NCBI RefSeq assembly: GCF_001194135.2
Contig: NC_068988.1
Coordinates: 81,799,836-81,855,931 of the forward strand
Source: Octopus bimaculoides
Taxonomy: Eukaryota
Length of the DNA: 56,096 nt
Direction of reading: 5' to 3'
Positions 25,491-36,775 of this stretch are shown here, piece by piece. Position 1 is the first letter of the stretch. Each line of letters begins with the position of its first letter. Position numbers and translations under genes: made by a program. The notes beneath the pieces are model-generated. The model searched no databases, was not told where the DNA came from, and worked only from the letters and a program-made list of their open reading frames with translations.

Positions 25491-25765
25491 TTAAAATAAT
25501 GTCATTATTTATAATTCCTTTATTATAGCAAATTTGGCTTACAGCTGTTTCCATTAGTCACTGTATTCAATAGCCATTCTTCAAGTGCTCTGTTTGTTAT
25601 TTCCAGCAATGGCTCTGACGAAGATATTAATTTTTTTAGGTTTTCCAATTTATCTCAATTGATCAATAGACCAATTGAGTAAACCTATCTATAATGACTA
25701 CTGGAAACAGCTGTAAGCCCAATTTGCTATAATAAAGGAAATATATATAATGATCATTATTTTAA
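25491..25765. repeat. Fold-back element with about 70-bp inverted arms carrying HHR cleavage halves
   Basis: Arms at 25491-25560 and 25695-25765. Each contains GAAACAGCTGTAAGCC in its own orientation. Confidence 0.85.
25611..25719 (+). ncRNA. Candidate type I HHR with an expanded stem II region
   Basis: GGCT-CTGACGA...GAAACAGCTGTA-AGCC, with all core bases canonical. The 82-nt stem II region holds nested hairpins but has a 13-nt unpaired segment before GAAA. Confidence 0.45.
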
Positions 25766-25901
25766 TGTATCTATCATTTATATTCAGTATATATATACAT
25801 ATACATACACACACACCTGCTACTTCCAGTCACTTCAGCAATGTTACTACACACATACTATTGGCAATTTCTTTTCCTTCTTTGGACTTCCCCTTTTTCC
25901 C

Positions 25902-25934
25902 TTTCTGATGAAGAGCTATGCTTGAAACATCAAA
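25902..25934 (+). ncRNA. Minimal type I HHR, CpG-decayed
   Basis: TTT-CTGATGA-A-GAGC-TAT-GCTT-GAAAC-ATC-AAA. Consistent with an ancestral GCTCGAAACGTC. Confidence 0.65.
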
Positions 25935-26020
25935 CTCTCTCTTTTTACCTAGCATCAAGCTAATATATTCCTTGTGCACATCCACTTGTTGTCCATTAAT
26001 TTTATTTCTTTATTTGAATT

Positions 26021-26055
<35 letters not shown>

Positions 26056-26191
26056 TGAGGAGGGTATTGGATTTAACCAAACCCAAAAAGATACAGGTAA
26101 TACCGAGTAAGTGCTGTATACCGACTAGTTTTGCTCCAGTCGTTGTATGAACAGGATTGGGGATTATAAGTCGTGTATTAGCGTGTGTATG

Positions 26192-26598
26192 TATAAATAT
26201 ATAAAAAGATAAAGAGAGCAATGGTAAAGTTAGAAATATATTTTATGGATAGAGTCTTACAGCTGTTTCTGGGAAGATCCAGTACTTCCCTTCATCGGAG
26301 ACAGAAATAGTAAAGGAATCGATTATTATATCCATNNNNNNNNNNNNNNNNNNNNNNNNNNNNNNNNNNNNNNNNNNNNNNNNNNNNNNNNNNNNNNNNN
26401 NNNNNNNNNNNNNNNNNNNNNNNNNNNNNNNNNNNNNNNNNNNNNNNNNNNNNNNNNNNNNNNNNNNNNNNNNNNNNNNNNNNNNNNNNNNNNNNNNNNN
26501 NNNNNNNNNNNNNNNNNNNNNNNNNNNNNNNNNNNNNNNNNNNNTCTATCCATAAAATATATTTCCAACTTTAGCATTGCTCTCTTTATCTTTTTATA

Positions 26599-26606
<8 letters not shown>
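26192..26606. repeat. Fold-back element spanning an assembly gap
   Basis: 26192-26253 is the reverse complement of 26545-26606 with 2 mismatches. N-run at 26336-26544. Confidence 0.7.
26254..26302 (-). ncRNA. Minimal type I HHR (U4C)
   Basis: GTCT-CCGATGA-A-GGGAAG/CTTCCC-A-GAA-ACAGCTGT-A-AGAC: stem I 4 bp, stem II 6 bp, palindromic stem III. Confidence 0.7.
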
Positions 26607-26637
<31 letters not shown>

Positions 26638-26642
<5 letters not shown>

Positions 26643-27527
26643 GACAGCAGTTGAGGGAACCTGTGGAAGAGGTAGACCCAGGAAGACCTGGGATGAGGTG
26701 GTGAAGCACGACCTTCGAACATTGGGCCTTACTGAGGCAATAATTAGTGACCGACACCTTTGGAGATATGCTGTGCTTGAGAAGACCCAACAAGCCAAGT
26801 GGACCATATCCTATAGCCTATGCCCGTGGGTGTAACCAGCTCACTTATGAGTACTCCTCATTCATTGGACAATAAACTTGCTTGCAAAGACCTATTGAGG
26901 CGAGTGAAATCAAAATCACTGACGTGGCCAATGACAGTACTGTCTGATTGACACTCATGCCAGTGGAACGTTAAAAGCACATCCAAGCATAGGGTGTAAC
27001 CAGCCCATTTATGAATACCCCTCATTCATTAGACAATAAACTTTGATTGTGAAGACCTATTGAGGCAAGTGAAATCAAATCAAAATCACTGACGTGGCCT
27101 GATTGGCACTTGTGCCAGTGGAACATTAAAAGCACATTCGAGCGTGATCGTTGCCAGGGCCACGGACTGGCTCTCGTACTGGTGGCACGTAAAAACCACT
27201 ATTCTAGTGTGATTGTTGCCAGTGTCATCTTACCAGCACATGAAAAACAACATTTGAGCGTGGTCATTGCCAGTGCCGCCAGACTGGTTTCCATGCAGGT
27301 AGCACATAAAAAACCTTTTGAGCATGGTCGTTGCCAGAACTGCCTGACTGGTGGCACATAAAAGCACCCACTACACTCTCGGAGTGGTTGGCATTAGGAA
27401 GGGCATCCAACTGTAGAAGCTTAGCCAGATCAGATTGAGCCTGGTGCAGCCTTCTGGCTCAACAGTCCTCAGTCAAACCATCCAGCCCATGCCAACAAGG
27501 AAAGCAGACGTTAAACGATGATGAGGA
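26638..27527 (+). mobile_element. RTE LINE 3' end: ORF C-terminus plus long 3' UTR
   Basis: VEGTCGRGRPRKTWDEVVKHDL..DRHLWR, then a 3' UTR ending gttaaacgatgatga. Confidence 0.9.
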
Positions 27528-27781
27528 TATATATACATATATCCATGTTCTTCAAGTTCATTTACAGGAAATGTGTTTGTGTATGCATATAAAAGCTCCT
27601 ATTTTATTATGTCGACTATGTCCTAGTGATTCCAACCTGCAACAGCAACAGATCATATGAGCTGTACCAACATAGCATTGAATAAATATAGTAATAATAA
27701 AAATAATTCATAGATGGAATATATAAATATTTTAATGCATCACTACGCATGTTTCCATAAATCACATTTTTGTGACCATAG

Positions 27782-27833
27782 GCCACATACCTGGGATGAT
27801 TACTGTCCAGTATGTAATATCCATGGACATCAG
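27782..27833 (+). CDS. Candidate 52-nt host exon with a CX2CX4H motif
   Basis: tttttgtgaccatag|G...CAG|gtgggt. Open frame PHTWDDYCPVCNIHGHQ. No partner exon found. Confidence 0.25.
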
Positions 27834-28203
27834 GTGGGTCTTTGTTCATGCATTTATTTCTTCAGGTGATATATATATGTGTGTATGTGTGTGTACATGT
27901 ATGTGTGTATGTGTGTGTATGTATATATATATGTGTATGTATATATATACACACACACACACATATATATATACACACACACCCACAAGTTTTACCCATC
28001 ATAACTTTGGAAGTACACTTTTTCCACCATGAGTGATATCAAGAAATATGACATACAATAATTATAATTTAACTTTTATCAAATGAACACTAATTTTCAA
28101 AACAAAAATATTTTAAAATAAAATTTAATAAAACAAATTTCTCATTTGTATAACACCTCCCATAACTATTCTCATTTACTTCCTCCACTTCTTCTCTGTT
28201 GCC

Positions 28204-30330
28204 GTCATCATCATCATTATCATCATTTAATGTTCACCTTCTATTCTAGCATGGGCTGGACTGTTTGATAGGAACACCAAGTGCCAGCGCTTGGTTCAGT
28301 AAGGTTTTTACAGCAGGATGCTCTTCCTAATGCCAAACACTTTACAGAGTGGACTGGGTGCTTTTTATGTGACACCTACACTGGCAAAATTACCGGGTAG
28401 CTTATAAGACAAAGATCCCTTAACTGTGAGAGTGAGAGGTATTGAGGGAGGTGGCTTTGTGTCAGGTGTGAGGAGGTTAAAGTATGACAGATAGAAATAG
28501 GTGTCTTACTCTAGAGGAGATACATGGTTACCCCAGTCAAAGAGAGAGAGAGAGATTGGTGGGAGGAGAAAGAATGAGAATAAGAGAGTGTGAGAGAGAT
28601 GGTGGTGAAGTCAGAGGGTAAATACTCAAGGTACAAAGATGTGAATAGAAATGGAATAGTACAGGATTGCCCAGGGTGAGTGAATGAGAAGTTCACAAAA
28701 GTGCAAAAGAGGGAGTGGGAAGAGAAAAGGAGGATGCAGTGAGTGGTGGAAGAAAGGTATATGGGGGTGGGTTTAACAGGACAGCAATGATACAGTGAGC
28801 AGAAGGGAGGACAGGTGAGAGAGATGACAAAGTGGTGTTGGGCCGCAGGAGTGCATGAGTTAATGTTATATGTGGGTGGAATACACAGCACTTCCAGAAC
28901 TCTGCATTCAGGGCCCAGGTCTCACTACCGTGGAGCACAGCTGTTGTACACAAGCATCATACAATCTGCATTTCACTCTGAGGGAGAGGTCTTTTGTTGC
29001 TAACAGAAGTAATAGCTCTCTGAACTTCCTCCATCCTATTCTTATTCTAGTAACAATACTTTCAAAACATTATCCATCACTGCTAATTTGGTCACCTAGG
29101 TAACAGAAACTATCTACAACTTCAAGGGAGTCTCCTTGGCATCTGAGAGAGTCTAATTCCCATGTGACCTTACTGATTATTGTTCCTGCACATCAGTCAC
29201 ATTCAGAGATGGCTTCCTCTGTTAACCTACCTGTGATTCCATTGCATCTCTTATGTGTCCATAGCTTGTAGTGGGTGCAACAAATGGAATTCCTTCCAAC
29301 ACCCTTCCTATTTATTGAGCAGAAAGAAAGAGAAGCTTATATGCTTTCTTGTTAACAACAATTTTGGTCTTCAGTAGATAAACTTTAAGGCCCTTTGATC
29401 CCAGGTTTTGCTTCCATACCTGGAAGCTCTGCTACTGATTTTGCCATAACAGTGAGGTGATCAACATATAGCAGTTCTGACAGGCAGCCAGTTTTAAATT
29501 CCTATTATGGCCTGGAGGACTACGATGAATATAAGGGGACTGAGAACTAAGTCCTGTTGAATCCCTACTTGTATGCTAAATTCAACATTGTACTCATGGC
29601 CAACTCTTACCCTACTGATAGCATTGCTATACATGGCTTGCACAGCTTTTGTCTTGTACAAGTCACTTGTCTACTCTTAACTTCCTTAGAGACCACTAGA
29701 TAGCAGAACAAGTGACTCTATCTAATGTTTTCTCCAGGTCAACGAAAGCCAGGTACAATGGTTTACTCTTTGCCAGATACTTCTCCTGTAGCTGTCTGCT
29801 TAGGAATATACCATCTGTGGTTCTCTTCTCAGGCACAAAACCAAACTATATCCCATCTAATTTAATTATCTTCTTAATTAATTGAGTTATACTCCTTTCT
29901 GTAACTTTCATGACCTGGTCTACCACTTTGTTACCCTTGTAGTTGATTCTATCTAAGATATCACCTTTACCCTTGTAGTAACTAATACTGCCACAGCAGT
30001 CATTCGGGATGATGTCTACCTGGATAACCTGATTAACTATACAAGTGACTAAGCTGTATCCTACACCACCAGATATCTTAAGCATCTCAGTGGTAGTTTC
30101 TGATGGTCCAGGGGCGTTTCCTGTCTTCTTATCCATAATTGCCTTATCTATCATACTGTTGTCAACTCTGATGGCTGGTCCCTCAGTTCTATATTTAAAA
30201 GACTCTTCTCCCATGTATTTTCCACATTTAACAACCTTTCATAGTAGTACTTCCATGCATCTTCTCTTCTCTGAATCTGTCTCAATGATTATTTCTTTCT
30301 CATTGTGTGCATATGTGTATCATTTCTTTA
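28204..30330 (-). mobile_element. RTE LINE, decayed, from the RT N-terminus to the 3' tail
   Basis: KTGNAPGPSE..EMLK, YKGKGD..NYKG, and VLHGSETWALN. (CAT)n tail at 28204 with the same 3' UTR family as above. Confidence 0.85.
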
Positions 30331-32539
30331 TTCATTGGCTGCCACCAAGCCTCATATGTGCATTCATCTTGCACCTCTTAAGATAACTCTCTTTCTTTCT
30401 CTCCTCTCTAACACCTGTACCACCATCACCACCACTACTACTACTGTATTGGCTCCTCTAAACCACATCCTACCCAGCTCACCTGATACACTTGTCTCTA
30501 CTTCCCTTAGCGTTCCTACCATTCCTCACTTTGTAAAACCTCAACACTTTGCATATTTCTTTCTCTGGGGCTTCAGTTCCCTGGAATTCCTTTCCTACCC
30601 ATATTTTCTTTAGCTAAATTGACTCAACTGGAATGTCAACTATATTGCTTTCACCAATCTAAGAGAAACTAAAAGGCCAAGACACTCCACTTCTTAATAA
30701 TTAAAAATAATCTTAAGATGTCATTAGTTTGCTAAACTTAATTGAACTTAAATTGCTAATACAATGTTGATTAAAACATTGTTAATGTGAAACTGTTATT
30801 ACAGTGTTTAGTTCGATCAGAAATTGGTTTAATAGATTTAAGATGTCTTTGCATTGGTGTTAATGGTGACTTTAAACAAACCACACAACCAGATTATGCT
30901 AAGGAAATATATAATCATTGCAAATCACTGGTAATTATCTTATTGATCTTGAACAGATGAAATGTAAAAGTGACTCATGTAAGTTTTGAACTCAAAATTG
31001 AGAAGGACAAAACTGAATATTGATGCATATATGTTTGTATACACACACACATTTATGTTTGCATACATCTATGGATACATACAGACAGACAGATTTATAT
31101 AGGTAGAAATTGAGAGAGCAAAAGGAAAGGAGGCGGCAGTGACACTGACAATAGCAGCAGTAATGGAGGAGAAAGCACAAATGTCTTAATCATCGGTTCA
31201 CTCTTCATGATAAACTAATCCACTGAACCCTCCATTGAACCAGCAGATTATAGCTGACTATAATCTGTTGGTCTCCTCTCTTGACCATCCTTTTCCATCT
31301 TTGCATTAATGATATTGAATTATTTAAACCAGGAATGAGGTTTATGATTGAAGGAGATGGGGCGTCTTACTGATTAAACTGATCCCTTTTTAATGTTAGT
31401 CCTTTTTACACAGATCTGGTTGGGATTTGAAACAAGACAAAATTGATCTTTGTACAATTTGAACCCAAGATGTGAGAGTACCACTCTGTTTATCATTAAT
31501 CCTTCTATATAGGGTTGTTGTGTCTTGGACTTGTCCAGTGATCCTTTCAAAAATATATTAAACTAGGTTTAGTATGTTGAACAAGTTAATACATCAAACT
31601 AGGTTTGAAAGAGAATTAGTTAGCTCTGTATAACTCTGAAGATGTTATACATTCTGAATATAGCAGAACATGCAAGGACATGTGAAATTGGGAGTTTTTA
31701 ATCCAGAAAACATGAATGGAAAAAAATATCTGAATAGAGATAAAGCTTGTTAATCATCTTCTATAATTATGAGTTTTTCTTCTCATTAAGCATGTTACTG
31801 ATGACTTAACTGTTTGTTTCCTCTGCTGATGTCAGTCCTGGATAATCTACCTAACTCATTATGTTATGTTGTCTCTCCAGCAACATCTACTGTAATTCTC
31901 TTATTACTAGTCTAACAAGTATGGAAAAGACTAAGCTTTGCTGAAGACTTCTAATAAAACAGGATCATATCCAAAACTGTCAATTAACATAAAGCTTTGT
32001 GTTAATGTTTGTTTCTACTGATCACATGTGTAAACCTTAGTTTCATTTAATTGAAATTTCCAAGTGTTTCCCCCTTCTTTCCTTGATCAGATTTAAACAG
32101 GCTAATAATTTTCTGTCTACAGGAAGAGGAATTTTGATTAATTAATGTCTGCTTCTCATATTACGATAAAAGTACTGATTAATTAAAATTGAAAATATCA
32201 TGTATTTAAGACGTTTTCCACAGCAAAACAAGTTATTGTTTGTTTGACTTCCCTCAATATAAAACTTGAAATATTTCAGCCTGACACATTATGAATGTAA
32301 TGTGACAAAATGGTTGATTTAATAAAGTGATGAACTGCAATGTTGTAGGTTAAATCTATTGAAGGTATTTTCTTGCTTGTTTATATATAAATTAGATATT
32401 TGATCCTATATTCTCTCAGTGGTGGCATTAAGTGCCAGATTTTTCTGGGAAAGCTACAAGTAATGTGTAGAGTAATTGTGTCTCATCAGTGGAGACTTTA
32501 ATCAAACAAAGCTTAAGATGTTAAAACAGGATTAATATC

Positions 32540-33290
32540 TTGTTTCTCTCTCAAGGTCCTATGCATGTGGACCTTCTCCAGCACTTTCTAGCCTGTGCTG
32601 TCCTCTTCACTGAGTAGTATATCTTCCTCTACCTAATATCATTGATCATCATTGCTCTCCTTCTTCCTTGTATTCTCTCCTCCATCAAAGTGCAGAGAAA
32701 GCCCTCTGACCTCATAAAATGTCTTTAGCCATCTTGCATACCTTCTCCAGATGGTATTCATCAAATATCACTTCTCTCCACCTTTCCTATGCACTTCTTC
32801 ATTGCTCATATAGTCCATCTAGCAGATCTCCATTTGCCTCCAGACCCACATTTCAGAGTTCTCCACTTTCCTAGTATCAGCCTCCTTGATGGTCCATGTT
32901 ACTGAGCCAAAGGGGAGCACACGCCATACAAGGGGTTTGAAAAGCTTCTGCTTCAGGTCATACTTCAGGCCTTTGGTGAACAATGTTTTATGTTTGTTGA
33001 ATTGACTTTTGGCCATGGAAATCCTTCTTCTGTTAGTTGGCTTCCAAGGTATTTGAATTGTTAAATATGCTCAAGTTTGGTTTCCATTGATGCTGATGTT
33101 GGTGGACATCTGATATAAGCTGTGAGATTTGCAATCCATCATGATGAGTCTGACTGAAATAGACGAGGGATACAAAATGAGAATAAACCAGAAGAAGAGT
33201 AAAGTAATGAAAATTGTAAAGAGTAAAGAAGAGAATCTGCAAATCAACATCAATTGGAATCAACTATCACAGATTCAACATTAATGTTTA
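32540..33290 (-). mobile_element. RTE-clade LINE fragment (second subfamily)
   Basis: MAKSQFNKHKTLFT..KLFKPLVWRVLPFGSVTWTIKEADTRKVENSEMWVWRQM. Confidence 0.8.
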
Positions 33291-33491
33291 TCATGAATAA
33301 AATCAATAATAGCTGAGTAGATCTAATATAATACTTAACAACTTAGGTAATAAGTTCATGTTTATTAAGTTTCTGAACAAGCTATTTGGTTTCAGATGGT
33401 TTAAAATGGGAGCTAAAGAATAGCCATGAAAAACTAACATCTCACCCTCGTGGGCAACTGCTTCATACTCTCTTACATATAATATATATAA

Positions 33492-33594
33492 GGTGCAGGC
33501 ATGGGTGTGTTTTAAGAAGTTAGCTTCCCAACTACATGGCTTCAGGTTCAGTCTCATTGCATGGCACCTTGGGTCAGTGTCTTCTGTTTCTGCT
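33492..33594 (+). mobile_element. SINE family A, 5' fragment
   Basis: ggtgcaggcatgg..aagaagttagcttcccaac..ggttcagtc..ggcaccttggg. Confidence 0.7.
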
Positions 33595-34013
33595 GTCATT
33601 AGTAGCACACCCCTCTTCACTTAATCTTTCCATATTATTAAAATACCCTCCTCTATCCATATATCCACTTATCTTTCTTAAACTTCTTCCTAACCTCTGC
33701 TTTCAGTGTGTGCTCATAGCAACTCACCCTATTTCTCAACATGGCAGTGGGAAAATCACTTCCATCCAGAAGTATTCCACTGCCTATTGTTTGTCGTAGG
33801 ACTCAGCCTGGAAGTCCTCATCTTCGATCATTTCAAACTTTAGTTGATTTGCTTCATCCATTTCTACACACAAATTCAAGGCACTTCCTTCTAAATACAA
33901 CGACATAAAACTGGTCATATCTTGTATGCTCAGCAGTTTTGCAACGAACCCCACATTTTTAAACCATGCCACCATGTCAAGTTTTCTGGAAAACAATCAC
34001 AAAACGTCGCTGT

Positions 34014-35656
34014 TATAGGAAAGTGGGTTATACATCATTAGATGTACACCTGACTTTCCTATATTAAATTAGGTATTAACGGCAACGCTGAACTCCAGAC
34101 TATCAACACAAACAATATTTATTCATGGTGGAAAATATACATCTTTAATCTTGTTTGTTTGAGACGTCTTCGGTGTGTGAGAACATGGTTGTTGGGACGT
34201 TGGTATATTGATGTGAGCTGTCTAGCGTGAGTTCGAAAGATGGAGAGACTGCAGAGACAGCTNNNNNNNNNNNNNNNNNNNNNNNNNNNNNNNNNNNNNN
34301 NNNNNNNNNNNNNNAAGTGTCTGTAGAGACAAAAAACTATATATCCAGTTCGTATAAGAATTACACAAGTTGATTTAGAATGTCTGTACTCAGGAAGTCG
34401 TGGTCAGTTGGCAGAGCTATAGTTGAGCATCGATGCGAGATTTCGACCTGTTACCTGGTACTAAATATCCTAGTCGGTTAGCTCTTACTATTTTCCGTGA
34501 GGGGATATCCCACTCATACAGTAAAGATAAAACCGAGTGTTTGATATGGTGTGTCCCTGGTGGTGGGGTTGTTGGCGCACGACATTGTGGTAGACAGTAC
34601 ATTGGTGGTGAAGACGTCGGCGCAGGAACTGTAATATAGCTGTGTTCTGTATGTGTGGTGGTAATGGTGTTGACGGTGGTAATGATGTCCAGTTTTACAG
34701 TTTGTAAGAACGACCGTGCNNNNNNNNNNNNNNNNNNNNNNNNNNNNNNNNNNNNNNNNNNNNNNNNNNNNNNNNNNNNNNNNNNNNNNNAGAGATAATC
34801 ACTGTACGACCATTAGCGTCGACCTTGATGAGATTTTTAACCCAAGATGAAATTGTTCGCATGTGACGATAGAAGATGATAAACACAACCGTATAAAATG
34901 AATAACAAGAGATATTTAGTGTGGCACAAAAGCTGTATGTGTATGTGAGAGTGTGAATGCGACATATAAGAACATAATAAAAGACAGGCCGTCTATATGT
35001 ATTTGAGATATTACAGCAGATAGAAAGTCAGTACACGTGAGAGTTTTATACCAAGTTCTTGAGTACACAATTGGAAGTATCGCAGGCTGTAATTCTTGTC
35101 TGTTTATTATCGTGGTGAAGCTAAGTCACCTAACAGAATCGAAGAGAGAGATTTGCTGCGGTGGTTTAGTTCGGTGTACATAGTTGTTATTGTAGCTCAG
35201 CGGGCTGCGTGTTTGAATCACGTCGGGGTCACCAGTTATAGGAATGTGTTAAATAGCTCAGCGGGCTGCGTGTTTGAATCACGTCGGAGGGTCACCACTT
35301 TATAGGAAAGTGGGTTATACATCATTAGATGTACACCTGACTTTCCTATATTAAATTAAGTATATGAACGGCAACGCTGAACTCCAGACTATCAACACAA
35401 ACAATATTTATTCATGGTGGAAAATATACATCTTTAATCTTGTTTGTTGAGACGTCTTCGGTGTGTGAGAACATGGTTGTTGGGACGTTGGTATATTGAT
35501 GTGAGCTGTCTAGCGTGAGTTCGAAAGATGGAGAGACAGCTAGACACGTCCTTGCTCAATCGCTGGCCAGCAAGAAAGAGTTCGATCAAAGCGGGAAAGC
35601 TTGGATGTTTAATTCCACGCATGCGTGAGACTACGCATGCGCACAGCGTTACTACA
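34014..35656 (-). mobile_element. Non-autonomous Gypsy element (CsRn1-like) with two LTRs, 4-bp TSD and tRNA-Trp PBS
   Basis: LTR copies at 34014-34262 (then a gap) and 35301-35656 are nearly identical. TSD CTGT at 34010-34013 and 35657-35660. Only an integrase C-terminal remnant (KVDANGRTVIIS) is recognisable inside. Confidence 0.85.
35203..35297 (-). promoter_or_regulatory. Tandemly duplicated extended PBS complementary to tRNA-Trp
   Basis: Plus strand GGCTGCGTGTTTGAATCACGTCGGGGTCACCA (35203-35234) matches the recalled 3' 32 nt of metazoan tRNA-Trp plus CCA with one mismatch. Second copy at 35264-35297. Confidence 0.85.
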
Positions 35657-35819
35657 CTGTCAATCCTCATTCTCGTGGCCATATTGAATATCAAAGGTAG
35701 AAAAATAGAAAAACATGTTCCGAAATAGTTTGTACATCGGATGGTAAAAGTAAAATGCTCTTACCTTAGAATGAACTTCAAACTGAGAGGTAAACTACTC
35801 TTCCTCTAGGATCAAATAA

Positions 35820-35866
35820 AAACTTGTTGCAAAAACTTGTTGCACAAACTTGTTGCACAAACTTGT
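35820..35866. repeat. 13-bp tandem repeat, about 3.6 units
   Basis: aaacttgttgca(c/a) repeated. Confidence 0.9.
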
Positions 35867-36069
35867 ATGCTTACTCCTCCCACCTTGGCTGCCAGCAGAA
35901 AAAGAACAATTTTCCCCGCTCCTCAATGTGACGTCACTTCCTCCGTAGTTTCTAGTTCTGACGTCTTCCTTCACTTCTCCACAAACATACGAGACGGTAT
36001 AAAACGTTCCTGGACTAGTTCTGTAGCATACCAATAAATGGTAGCAAACGGTTGTGTGCAAAGTGAGGG

Positions 36070-36775
36070 CTAGTAGTGACCTTCATGAGGCAGCATGCCG
36101 AGTGACATAGTTGTATTTACTTCGCAAGTTGTGAAATTTGTGTTTTCGAGATCACATCTATGCTGTAGTCTGAGATTTTATTATGGACAGGAACAACGAG
36201 CCAACGTTAAATTTTGCATTAAACTTGGGAAGTCTGCTACAGAGACATTGAACATGCTTCGGCAAGCTTAGGGCAACGAGGCAATGGGTCATATGCAATG
36301 TTTTGAGTAGCACAGGTGCTTCAAAAGAAGAAGAATGTCCCTGTAAGACGATGAGCGATCCGGAAATGTGGTATTGTGCACGGAGAATTTATCCCCCAGG
36401 GCCAGACCGTCAATCAAGAGTTCTACTGTGACGTTTTGACGTGTTTGAGGGAAGACATTCGGCGAAAGTGACTGGATCTGTGGAGCGCAAAGAACTGGAT
36501 TCTTCACGATAACAATTTATCCTACCACCGAGCTCTCCTTACTTGTGAGTTTCTTACCAAAAAGCAACATGGTATTGCTTCTGCACCCACCCTATTCACC
36601 AGATATAGCACTTACGAACTTCCATCTCTTCTCTAAGATGAAAATGTAGCTCAAAGGTTGCTGTTTTAACACCATGGTCGAAATCCAGAGCGAATCACAG
36701 TAGGTCCTCGACTCGTTTACTGAAAACGACCTTCAGGCTGGATTCCCAAATCGCAAGAACGCTGGGACCAGTGTA
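36070..36775 (+). mobile_element. mariner-type transposase pseudogene, internally deleted
   Basis: EQRANVKFCIKLGKSATETLNML, GIVHGEFIPQGQTVN, LHDN, HPPYSPD. No TIRs seen. Confidence 0.85.

Larger units (their letters stand above)
33784..35690 (-). mobile_element. Gypsy gag remnant split by the 34014-35656 insertion
   Basis: Joining across the TSD gives MATRMRIDSDVL*LFSRKLDMVAWFKNVGFVAKLLSIQDMTSFMSLYLEGSAL. Confidence 0.7.

Noticed and set aside
35203-35297. tRNA-Trp gene
   Set aside because: Only the 3' 32 nt are present, CCA is encoded, and it abuts an LTR, so it is a primer-binding site.
36039-36054. tRNA-iMet PBS (TGGTAGCA)
   Set aside because: Only 8 nt match, there is no clear LTR terminus, and no downstream gag lies on that strand.
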